A stretch of DNA of 64,000 nucleotides from positions 2,232,001-2,296,000 of the forward strand of contig CM035352.1 in assembly GCA_020137815.1 (NCBI GenBank), given 5' to 3'. The DNA is from Hormiphora californensis. Its lineage: Eukaryota > Animalia > Ctenophora. The position numbers were made by a program, and so were the translations under genes. Every line of letters starts with the position of its first letter. Position 1 is the stretch's first letter. Under the pieces are notes generated by a model. It was not told where the DNA came from. It saw nothing but the letters and a program-made list of their open reading frames with translations, and did not search any database. This document shows positions 48,899 to 60,998 of this stretch, piece after piece.

Positions 48899-51354
48899 AT
48901 GGCCGGCCTCCGCAAGCAGGAGGAGTACAACTGGAAGGACTCTAATTTGGCCCTTTTTGGATCTGATGTTGAGAAGAAAGTGAAACTTGAATCTGCCCAG
49001 TCCGAGCCTGCATGGGCTAAATCTGGTTCGTACTGCCATGTCAATAATACACTTCTTCCTTGCTTTGATTTGTAATACTGCATTCAATTGTAATGTCACT
49101 GTCACGCCCGGTCCAGATAGGGCAGTCTTTTTGAGACAAACTTTGATACACGTGCAGGACGACTAATTCTTGTTTCTTTGCAGGCGAAAAGGTTGGCCTA
49201 GAGATCTGGCGGATAGTACAGTTTAAAGTAGTCCGATGGCCTGTTGATGACTATGGAAAGTTTTACGAGGGAGATTCTTACATCATTCTTAATACTTACA
49301 AGTAAATGAGAGAGGAAGATTGAGAAAGAGAGGGAGCTGGGAGAGAGAGATGGAGTAAATGAGCTTTGTAGTTTGTAAATAATCTTGCTTTGTCGGTAGA
49401 ATAATTAGCTCTCTTTAAACAATATCTCGGATTAGCTTCCTTTTCGTGTGCTACAAGCTACAACCGACACCGAGTCGCCTATTAATGGGATAGAATAGTG
49501 AAGTCAACTGATTCCCAGTGAATCAGAGTTTTCGCATAATCCTTGGGATATAATTCAGAATTAATTTCTGCAGGAGGGAGGATGAGGAAGGATTCCAGTA
49601 TGATGTTCATTTCTGGATTGGGAAGAACAGTACACAGGACGAATACGGAACCGCCGCTTATAAGACCGTAGAACTTGATACATTCCATCATGACAAGCCT
49701 ATCCAGCATAGAGAGGTTCGTTTTCGATAAAGATTCAAATACGAATCAAGAGTCCGGTAAATCGAGTTTTGACTTTAATTTCACCAAAATGCATTCTCCT
49801 ACAACAGGTTCAGATTTACGAGTCTCAGACATTCAAATCCTACTTCCCAGAGGGTATCAACTATTTGAAGGGTGGTGCGGAGAGTGGTTTCCGCCATGTC
49901 TCACCCACGGAGTACCAGCCTCGTCTTTTCCATGTCCATGGTAGGAGCATGGTTGGTGACACAGTCACCCCTAAACTACCAGCCGCGCGAACTGCGGCAA
50001 ACGAAGCCCACGAAGCATATTAGGTGATGGCATCACCAAGGTTTATGGTAGATTTTGGGCTTGTTAATCACCCCTTACTAAAAAATTTTGGGTAGTGATC
50101 TCCTAGTGTGTCATGTTTGTATTACTTTTGTATACTTTATAGTCTCCTGTGTGAGACCAAGGGGTTATATTTACCTCTAGGTTTCAAGGAGGTCACAAAT
50201 TACTGGTATTTGTATGTAGCAGCTGGCGTAGTCATTTAACCCTTAATTTTGCAGACATTAGTCATTTGCTCTAATATTTGGCTAGCTGACAAGCCTAGTT
50301 ATATTCCGCCAGGTGACACTGCTCAGAATACCGTCATAGAGGAGATGAGCCTGAAAAAGGGCAACATCAATGATGAAGATGTGTTCATCTTGGATGCGGG
50401 GCTCATTATTTACCAGATAAACGGGGAGAAATGTGACAAGGACGAAAAGGTAAAGATGAAGTTAATTCTACGTTCCACCGTTCGTTTTATATATGTTACA
50501 TCCCATTATGGCAGTCAGAACAAGTAAATGCGATTTGGGATCCTTAGGTATAATTTACATTAATTGTTAGGTCAAGGCCATGCAATTCGTGATAAAGATC
50601 AAAGAGGAAAGAAACGGAAAGGCGAAATCTTATGTCTATGATGGGGAAGTTCCTGACGAAGTTTATAGTGTGAGTTTAGTTGCTAAATGAGCAGAAATTA
50701 AAGGAAGATCTTGGTATTACATTTACAATTACAGTCGAAACCATAAAATATCTTGATCAAATGCTTTGTATCGATGATTGATGACAAAAACCTTCAGTTG
50801 CTCGAAGAGGGCGAGGGAGATGAGAAATCCTCAGCAGTGATTGAGAATGATACGAAACGGCTGATGAAGATTAGCGATCAAGACGGAGAGTTAAAGATGG
50901 AGAAGATAGCGGAGGGAGATGACGTCTCCAAGGATTTGTTGGACCCTAATGATGTCTTTCTGGTGGACGTTGGAACGCATCTCTATGTGTGGGTGGGAAA
51001 CGGTAAGAACTCACATCATAAGACCACAAAGTTCTTTTTTATACGGTTTTTCTCAGGAATTTGTGGTTAATGACACAAACCGTGTAACCATCCTATCACA
51101 AAATGTGACACATACGATTATAATTTTAATGACAGCATTCGCCTATCCTAAATAACAATTGTTTATAAAAAAGTGAGAGACAGTTACTTATAATAGCCAA
51201 TATACCCTTCATTATTACAGATGCCTCTCGAGACGAAAAGAAGAATGGAATGAGCTATGCGAGTAACTATCTAAATGGAGAGGATAGATTCCACTGCCCC
51301 ATCACTGTAGTCCTCCAGGAACAAGCTAAGGAATTGATCAATGATCTCATATAA
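48899..51354 (+). CDS. Three-domain gelsolin-like actin-severing protein (severin/fragmin type), 8 exons, ~364 aa
   Basis: Exons 48899-49025, 49184-49301, 49574-49715, 49808-49940, 50313-50449, 50571-50669, 50798-51002, 51221-51354 are phase-consistent (1095 nt). [65 protein letters not shown]. Confidence 0.94.
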
Positions 51355-52202
51355 ATGAGAGAAAAACATTTTGTTGTGTGTTACATAGTAGTTTGGGAGG
51401 GGCACACTAATTCTTCACTCTCCCAAAATCGCTATGTCATGTCTTGTTGAGTTACTCGACAAGTTATGTCTGTATTTTAAAATCTAGAGCAATTTGTATG
51501 ATGTATAATATTAACAGTTGGAGTGGTGAAAATATCATCTTTTGTGTACCAAAATGGCCTATAATTATAGTACGTACTACTTGGTCACCAAGTTGGTGTA
51601 CATGTTCTACTAAAACCTAACTGCACACATACATCTTCCCTTTGTCGTTCTTTCTACGCTATGTCTGTGTCTTTATCTATTCTTCCCATTCTCTCTCTGT
51701 AACTTTTCTATCCATCTTTCTCTACCTTCTCCAAGACGTCTAATTAAAGAATGGAATGTGCATGTAGGAAAGGCTCATACCGTACAACTCTCAAGGCGGT
51801 TTAATTAACACCATTTTTTAATCTGAACTGTACGTCGTTGTTTTGCTTTTTTTCCACGAAATATGTCAGGCGTCAGTCGATATTTGGGTATTGGAGATAA
51901 TTCATCCTGGGCCGTAGGAGAGAGAATTCGGTCTGGAGAAAGTGTAAGTCTTTGCCTACGTAAAATTGAATATATTACGCCATAGTTTTACTATGTAATT
52001 GTTTGGTGTCGAGCCTTCAAGTTCAAAAAAATACTTGATCCAATAATTCTCCCTCGTTAGCAGCTCTTATTTTCTTTCTTGAGGCAGCTTCATTCTATTT
52101 TCTGGATACTTTATTCTATTTTCTAGCTACTACCGGTAGGAATAAAGTTGACGTTTTCAGACCTCTCTGTCTCTCGACTCTCTACCTCTCTCTTCCTTTT
52201 TT

Positions 52203-52207
<5 letters not shown>

Positions 52208-52274
<67 letters not shown>

Positions 52275-52285
52275 CTCTCTCACTC
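52208..52285. repeat. (CT)n/(CA)n compound microsatellite
   Basis: Seen directly. Confidence 0.93.
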
Positions 52286-52921
52286 TTTTTCTCAAAGTTC
52301 TTTCCACTTGTTCAAACTGAGTCGCATACACCAATTAACTTGGGTCAGGAGTTCAAAATTAGACCGAATTTATCAACTTTATATGTTTCTCTCTTCTCTC
52401 TCTCTTCTCTCTCTCTCCCTCTCTCCCTTGCCTGTGTGTCAGGGCGTGCATTTGTATGTTGTGAGTGGCCCTCAATTAACTGTCTCTCACTATTCCTGCC
52501 TTCTAGCGCACCCCCTCTGTCTCTTGTAGTGTCCGCAAGATTTAATGCCTGATTAGTTGCGCCCGGTAACTGCCGTACAATTCCGTCGCGGGCCAACTCA
52601 ACTACATATCGACAACCACTTATCACCATCACCACCGCGGAGAAGTTCCTGCAGCAGATTTGATCCAGAGTGATAATTGTGAAACTTCCTCATTTGTCAC
52701 CTCTTCTACCGGTTCTAATTATAAACTCCAGCTCCCTCTCTGTGTCTGTGTGTGGTTCTCCTATCTACTGCTTCTGCACCGGTAAACCACCCCACCACAA
52801 CTAACTGTGTGAAACTCAGTTCGCCAACTCGACATCTTGTAATTCTGTGTCATTTTTGTGTTCTAACAAAAGGTGAATTTCACTGGTACCAGCTAGTTAG
52901 CTATTGTCGCCCACACACGTC

Positions 52922-55271
52922 ATGCCCCTGGCATCTTTTAGCGAGACTGAGGAGAATATAGCAGAGGTAAGAAAGAAATGTGCCAATTTTGTTGCCAAGT
53001 CTTTCAACTTGTTGCCTGGGGCTAGTGGATCTGGTGGGGTGGTTAGCAGGGGCAGTTCATCCAACAATAGGCCTCCACCACCCAAACTCCGTACCATCCG
53101 ATTCAAATTGGATGGAAATATGAAGGGAGATAAACGTATCAGGTCGAAGAAGCCCGTCCATTTTGCTTCAAGCTCCGGCTCCTCAAACTCCCTCAATGCT
53201 CCCCGGCCCCCGCCTCGACAGAGACGGCGATCCTCAACTCAATTGCAGTGTGTTAAAATGGTTGAAGCGTGTTCTCCCATATCAAATGCAGATGGCAAAC
53301 ATATCACAGAAACTAAACCTTCCTTACCAGATACTACTCCAGATAGATCTGTAAAGAAGCCTCCTCAACCCTCAACCACCACTACTCAACGACCGGCTAT
53401 CAAGAAGCCGATTCCTCACAAAACTGCTAGGACAGTTAGCTCTGTGCCAGCCAAAGCGGCTCCTTTGGTGAGACCAAAAACACTAGATACATCGGGGAGG
53501 AATAACACACCCAGCAGTCGAAATGTGGCAGCTTGCAACTGCAGCTACTCTTCCCTCCCAACTCCTGACAGATTCATGTATTCAGCCAATAGTACACCCC
53601 TTGGGAGTATGGACTCCCTGAACCCTTTCTTTGCTGAAGACATCAGGAAATTTGCCCCCTTGGCTGTTTCTGCATTGATTACCAGTTCGGAATTCGTCAA
53701 GAAAACTGAAGCACTTGGTATCTCAGGTTCACTTTCATCCATCAACACAGATATGCTCATACGACCAGCCAGTTCAAACAATTCGCTACAACGGAATCGC
53801 CCTCAGCATGGTTTTTATAATGCATACAACACCAGACGAGGAAGTGCCCCGGTTGTGAGTACCCGGCCTGTTGCTCAACTCGTCAGCAGCAAGTTGACAT
53901 CCTACAAAGAAGATTCATCCTCTGACTACACCTCAGATACGGGTTCCTCTTCAACAGAGTTTGGCGATGAAGAAGATGACACTCAATACAGTATGATGTA
54001 CTCCAGAGACATGTCCCATCCCCTACCGCTCGTTGATGCGACCATTAACCTCCCCTTTGGAAAGAAGATCCATGATTCGTGGGAGAACTCTACCCCACTC
54101 CACGACAACTCTGTTGTGAGGGTCTGTAATGAGGAGTCCGTTGTCATAGAGATAGAACCAAATGATGAGGATGATCAACGAGGAGAGGACACAAAAACTC
54201 CCGATTCGAATGATCCTTACTTTGTGAGCATGGCGGACATAAAGCGTTCACGATCTATTGCAAAACTAACTGAGATGGAGCCCCTCAACAATCAAATGAA
54301 CTGTCTTTGTTGTACGTGCAGGGAGCCGAAAACTATGGTTCCCTTGTATTGTATTATGGGTATAGCGATTGTAATCACTTTCATTGTTATGATCGACATG
54401 TTACCAAAAGAGTAGCTTCAAGGGGAACAGGGAATTAGATACCGGCCCTGCTGGTAGGGTAAGTAATCGTCACCGGACATTTTGGTGTAGCTCCACAATT
54501 ATCATTTAGTTCCTTGATCTAAAACTTATCATCAAACAATTCATTCGCTTGTTTCCTATCTCTTGTTTCCTTCAGGCTGTTGCAGATATCAGGGAGAGAC
54601 GGGAACAGCAGGATCTTATGTTGAGCATTACGATGGGGAAAATAAAACAGGCGGACAAAAGAGTTAACGACTTAGAAGAGGTATTTGACTACACTATGTA
54701 TCTGACAGATAATCGTTAACACTAACTGATAACCCTAAGCTAAGGCCTAACCAGACCCTGCAAGCTCTTAAACTAATCATTTAAACCATTGTCATTTAAA
54801 CCATTGTCATTTAATCATTTAAACCACTAACATACACTGACTGTACAATGTACATCACGCAACCTCGCTCACGTAGCCGCACCGGGCCTTCGGCCCGGTG
54901 CGAAGAGGAGGGTCTTATATGAGACAATTAAACCAATGGTGTTTGTACTGTCCACTAAATGTGATTATTTTTATCAGGAGCAGGAACAACTGCAAAAGAA
55001 ACTAACGAGCTTAGAAGCGAAAATGATGGTAGGATTAGAAATTAGCTTCGCAATTCTTCGTGTGTTATTATTGCCAAGCTAGACTGTGTTTCGGGGTACA
55101 AATTAAGGGAGGGTTTATTAGAACATAAAGTGATATTATACATGATAGTTAGGACCATAGATTCACTAAACACCCGTTTCCCTCCCACAGGCACTACGAT
55201 CCGATCAAGAGGGAATGAACAAGTTAAACAAGACTCTAAAAGCAACTATAACTGGACTTGTTTCTACCTAA
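52922..55271 (+). CDS. Single-pass membrane protein: long disordered N-terminus, Cys cluster, TM helix, C-terminal coiled coil
   Basis: Large exon from ATG 52922; CLCCTC then VPLYCIMGIAIVITFIVMI. Removing one A at ~54406-54409 reads through to donor 54458 and phase-0 exons 54576-54680, 54978-55028, 55191-55271 (QADKRVNDLEEEQEQLQKKLTSLEAKM). Confidence 0.72.
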
Positions 55272-56501
55272 TCAACAAATCTATCGATCATGTGTTTTAA
55301 AATAATTCCCCAGACTATATCAGCTTCTTAATTTCTCTCTGTACATTTTCGAAAGCTAGATGTTACGATGACTGATAAGACGTGGCGTGAATTTTGTGTA
55401 TTCCTAAACTTTTGAATTTTATTTTTTATATCCATTCGCATTCACAAGCAAGCATATTATCCTGTAATAAAAAGTAAAAGCAATCCACTCTTTCGTAAAA
55501 CAAATTAACGGTGCAAACACTAAAAAGCATGAAAAGTTTATACAATAACTTCTATTCAACATTCAGTGGTAAAGAAACCAAGCAGGTTCACTGAAGTCTG
55601 AACTCTGAAAGTTTCGCGAATTTGGACTTTACGATAAAATAAATACGAATTATTACGGGACGGTGAATCTACAAACGGACATCGAGGTCCAAGGGCTCAG
55701 ATATCAGAACACACATGACACATGAACGATTGATCACAGACACTAGATAGAGTGAACACTGAACTACAAATCTAAAATGGTACCAGGTACAGCTGCACCG
55801 AACGAGAAGTGTCAATCAATTTTATTTCAAGAGGACCTTGGCCTTCATGATCTGCTGTTGTGTGACGCGCATTAAGACTACTGAAACCTTCAACTTTCAT
55901 AGGACAAGACATCCGCGCACTCCAGCATTGGTATCTAACATATTTTCTTTCCTGTGGCTGAAAAGTGCTGCAAGTGACACGCGAATATGAGGGGTACTGT
56001 GAACCATAAAAGTGGTTCACGACCAGTGCCTAACCCTCCTGACCGGTTTAACTGCCGTATAATGCAGAAATTGCCTTGCGGCTTGTATCGCGGCAAAATC
56101 GCTTTTCTACGTACGGTTCTAGACACAAGAACTAAAGCTTTGTTATGTGATTGCTGACGGCTGATACAGAATTGACAACATAGATAAATATTTTCGTGTT
56201 TTGATTTCACCACCAATAATAAACTGAATATGATTTTACTGTACCAAGTTGCCTACTGCAGATTACAGTATGTTATCGGTGATCCGATTCTTTTTTATAT
56301 TTCTTTCAATATCATCATGGTTTTTTGATACCTAGCCTACAGAATGAATAAATGCTGCATAGTGTATATTGAATGAATCGCCACCCTCCCCTCTTGCTAT
56401 TCTTTTTGTTCTGTTAGAGCCCATCCCAATCTCATCACATATAATGATTTGTTGAGTAAGGGGTGGACAGTGACTGGACACCTTACTCACCAAATCATGA
56501 T

Positions 56502-57274
56502 AGTAACGGGTGACAACTAAAAATCTGGACAATTTTCTGTGAGCTCTAGCGCCGGCCCCCGCTTGAGATACAGCTTCAGGCCAGTGATAGAACGATTTTT
56601 CAGACAATTTTGAATCAGAATAACACAACGGGAAAAACTAAAAAGTTCATTTTCATTGCGATATCGCATCATTTCCTCTTGACCCACCAAAGCATGTAGT
56701 ACTTGAAATTTACACACTTTTCTAGCACCTCTAGCGCCTGTTCTTTTTGAGATACAGCTTCGGGGCAGCGATAGAATGATTTTTCAGACGATTTTGAACG
56801 AAATTAACTTTATTTCACACTCCGATAATCTCAATTCTAATCACAGAATCATCTGTAACAAACCCTTCAAAGCGTAGTTTACAGGTAATTTGAGAAATCG
56901 CCATTTTGACGATCTCTCGAAACATTTATGACGTGGAAAACCAACTTCCCGCTAAGCTAAAATGTTGAAACTTGGCAGTTATGTTGGTTATGGCATGAAC
57001 AACCATTATTTCAAATTTGAGAATTCTATGTCATCAGGAAGGTCGTTTCTGATCACACAGAAATCTCAAATCTCCGTACACATGCTTTGGTGGGTCAAGA
57101 GGACATGTTGCGATAACGCAATGAAAATGAACTTTTTAGTTTTTTCCGTTGTGTTATTCTGATTCAAAATTGTCTGAAAAATCGTTCTATCACTGGCCTG
57201 AAGCTGTATCTCAAGCGGGGCCGGCGCTAGAGCTCACAGAAAATTGTCCAGATTTTTAGTTGTCACCCGTTACT
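56502..57274. mobile_element. Long-TIR MITE, Tc1/mariner-like ends
   Basis: Inverted arms of ~195 bp, agtaacgggtgacaac... / ...gttgtcacccgttact; partial internal duplication of the arm at ~56730-56800. Confidence 0.85.
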
Positions 57275-57855
57275 GCACCCATACAGTTGCTCCCTCGTTT
57301 TATGTTCTAACCCGGATTGTGGTGAGTCGAGCAATGTTAAACTCCCTTCAATATTTCATTTAAATCCACATATGAAATTAATTTGTAAATTGAAACAAGG
57401 TGAGTTCAATCGTGGTTATTAACCGCGGTTATTAATTAAGAATCACGGAGACTGCATGGTAGATGAGATTGTTCTTGTATCGAGGTGTTTTCAGTGATGA
57501 GGACCACGTACCTCGTAATATTACGCGTAATATACCATATATGGTATACGAGGTAACCATATAATACGGTATGTTCCTCCTAGTATAATATACTGCCTTG
57601 CTCGGACTTGTTTCACCGTGCCCCGAACGGGAAGCCTCTTTTACAAATGTAAAGGAGGGTTAGAACATAACAAAGTATGCATTGAGCCATACTGAACTAG
57701 GCCAGTCATATGACGTTGTGAAATGGAACTAATTGATCTAAAAGCGATTCCACTTCCAGGGCACTCCAATGGGTCTCTACAACCACCAAAAAAATTTACC
57801 GCGGGTACCGCGATGGAGAAATCGGTCATTTCCGGGTTTATTTTGCACCTGCATA

Positions 57856-58882
57856 AATATAGCCTAGGACGAATGCGATATACGGTAAAAACCGTCTTTG
57901 GAAACAAGTAGAAAAGAAATCAAGGGCACTAAAGTGTGTAGCGTCCTCGCATTAGTGGGGGTAGGTGCTGGAATTAAGTCTCTATCTTATCAGGTTAATT
58001 AGATAATTGGATAATTAGATGCGCACATAGCCGTTTTATGGTTATACGGTAAAAACCATCCTTGGAAAGGAGTAGAGAAAAAACCGAGGGTACTAGAGTG
58101 ATCAGCGTCCTCGAATTAGTGGGGGTAGGTACCAAAATTAAGTTCCTATCTCATCGCGTTAATTAGATAATTGGATAATTAGGTATGCGCATGACCGTTT
58201 TTAGGTTACATGGCTATAGCCACTTAGGAATGGTTTAGAGACTTTTCATTGGTGCCATTTTGTAGGCAATAGCCAAGTTATGGGGGGTCGAAGTCGGACT
58301 TTTAAGCTCTATATTCAACCATTTAGCCGTTATATGGCTTTAAAGGTGCTCAAAATCGGTCTTTTTACCGCTTTTTTGCTCATTTTGAGCACCTTATATG
58401 CCAAATAACGGCTAAACGGTTGAATATAGAGCTTAAAAGTCCGACGTCGACCCCCAATAACTTGGCTATTGCCTACAAAATGGCACCAATGAAAAGTCTC
58501 TAAACCATTCCTAAGTGGCTATAGCCATGTAACCTAAAAACGGTCATGCGCATACCTAATTATCCAATTATCTAATTAACGCGATGAGATAGGAACTTAA
58601 TTTTGGTACCTACCCCCACTAATTCGAGGACGCTGATCACTCTAGTACCCTCGGTTTTTTCTCTACTCCTTTCCAAGGATGGTTTTTACCGTATAACCAT
58701 AAAACGGCTATGTGCGCATCTAATTATCCAATTATCTAATTAACCTGATAAGATAGAGACTTAATTCCAGCACCTACCCCCACTAATGCGAGGACGCTAC
58801 ACACTTTAGTGCCCTTGATTTCTTTTCTACTTGTTTCCAAAGACGGTTTTTACCGTATATCGCATTCGTCCTAGGCTATATT
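57856..58882. mobile_element. ~1-kb near-perfect palindromic (fold-back) element
   Basis: Arms of ~500 bp with a ~25-nt centre at ~58356-58381; each arm contains two diverged ~170-bp sub-repeats; inserted into the left TIR of the larger element. Confidence 0.9.
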
Positions 58883-59429
58883 CTGCCCCTTTTTTTTAGA
58901 ATGAAGTATTTGCATTTTTTAAGTTTCGAGAAAATCGACTTTAAAGTTTTTTAGAGGGTTTTTCGGAACTAAAATTGTCATAGAAGCCCAAATAGTACGT
59001 CAAACGATTTATGACTTATACCACAAGAATCCTGAAGGAATTCTGCAGGACTTCCAATTATCAGCTATCATCAAATTTGTCTCAAATTGATGTCAGGCAT
59101 CAAAATTGATGCCTTACTCTGTTGGTTACTTCACTTATATTACAGTTTTGAAAATACTTCCGTTGCTAGACTGATATCGACTGAAGCATAATTTTTCGTG
59201 GTAGATACTTCAGTAATTACTTCACTCAAAAAAATACTTCATCATAATAGCAACAAAAGCACCTAAAAAGTACTTCACTTGCATATACTTCAGTAATTAC
59301 TTCATTCCTAAAAATACTTCTTCAGAACTGTATTCAAAATGCCTAAAAGTAACTTAATCGAACAAAAGTGTACATGTGCTTCAAAATCGCAATCTTACTT
59401 CAATATTTTGGATAAAATCACAAACGAAG

Positions 59430-59627
59430 TTAATTTTCATTTAACACGCAGTGAAGTATAAAATGTGTTAGAATTCTTGCTAGTCTTGAAAGTAACTCCA
59501 GAGCAGCAGCTGCAGACAAACAGACGCACAGACAAACAGACGCACAAATTACAACTGCAGCAGCCTGCAGCAGCCTGCAGCAGCATAAAGAGATGGGCCG
59601 CCCGCCCTTCGGGCGGAATGTTAAAAT
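59430..59627 (-). mobile_element. Helentron/Helitron2-like non-autonomous fragment
   Basis: Minus strand: T-run, short GC hairpin ccgcccgaagggcgg, then a (tctg)-type microsatellite, the usual layout of HINE/DINE-1-like elements. Confidence 0.5.
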
Positions 59628-60354
59628 CATGGTGCTGATAAATTGAGCGAAAACAGAAAAACGCTATGGCAACCCTCAAACTAAGACGAACCTGCAGATA
59701 AAATCTGGAAGATTAATCTGTTCCGGTACGAGTCATACTTTGAAATTGGTTGAGTTCGGCTTGTAATATCAGAGTGAAACATGGAGATTGGAGATTCAAG
59801 AATTTTCTTCCGACCTCTACACAGGTCCGTGTTCATAAAATATGACAGACATACAAACAGATCACAGACATACAAACAGATCACAGACAGACACACAGAC
59901 AGACACACAGGCCAGTTCATTACATGTTTTAACAATCGATTGGCTGATAACCAGTCACGTGACCTGAATAATGAGCTCGGATTGGTTGTTTATTTGGTCC
60001 GGTCGGTTGCTGAGAGATAGAGAAAGGGTCTGACAGAGAGATAATATCGATGAGAGGGAACGGGAGTGAGATTGTCTCCATTCGGGTTATTCACGAAGAG
60101 GAGTATTTGTCTAGGAGTGTGGGAATGTAAGGACAGAACAGTTAGATGACAATATATTTTGTTAATATTTGGATGATTTGTATCCGTATTCTTTAATTTT
60201 TTACAAACATTTCAAATTCCCGTGAGTGTGATAGTTCAGTGACATGGGAGACAGTGGGAGGCAAAGTGACAGGGGTTACAATGGGAGGCAAAGTGACAGG
60301 GGTTACAATTGGAGATAAGGTGACAGGGGTGACAAAGGGATATAAGGTGACAGG

Positions 60355-60998
60355 CCCTCACTCACCCCCCTTCCCCAGGTCATCCTGCCTCCTAACTCAC
60401 CCCCTTCCCCAGGTCATCCTGACCCCTAACTCACCCCCCTTCCCCAGGTCATCCTGCCTCCTAACTCACCCCCCTTCCCTAGGTCATCCTGACCCCTAAC
60501 TCACCCCCCTTCCCTAGGTCATCCTGCCTCCTAACTCACCCCCTTCCCCAGGTCATCCTGCCTCCTAACTCACCCCCTTCCCCAGGTTATCCTGACCCCT
60601 AACTCACCCCCCTTCCCCAGGTCATCCTGCCTCCTAACTCACCCCCTTCCCCAGGTCATCCTGCCTCCTAACTCACCCCCTTCCCCAGGTCATCCTGCCT
60701 CGTAACTCACCCCCCTTCCCCAGGTTATCCTGACCCCTAACTCACCCCCCTTCCCCAGGTCATCCTGCCTCCTAACTCACCCCACTTCCTTAGGTTATCC
60801 TGACCCCTAACTCACCCCCTTCCCCAGGTCATCCTGCCTCCTAACTCACCCCCTTCCCCAGGTCATCCTGCCTCCTAACTCACCCCCTTCCCCAGGTCAT
60901 CCTGCCTCCTAACTCACCCCCTTCCCCAGGTCATCCTGCCTCCTAACTCACCTCCCTTCCCTAGGTTATCCTGCCTTCTAACTCACCCCCTTCCCCAG
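60355..60998. repeat. 34-35-bp C-rich minisatellite, ~18-19 copies
   Basis: Unit cctaactcacccccttccccaggtcatcctgcct with variants; followed by (TAGTCA)n at ~60997-61043 and preceded by a ~27-bp G-rich repeat at 60238-60355. Confidence 0.95.

Noticed and set aside
60355-60998. CRISPR array or telomeric repeat
   Set aside because: Head-to-tail units with no unique spacers, eukaryotic context, no cas genes; TTAGG occurs only once per unit.
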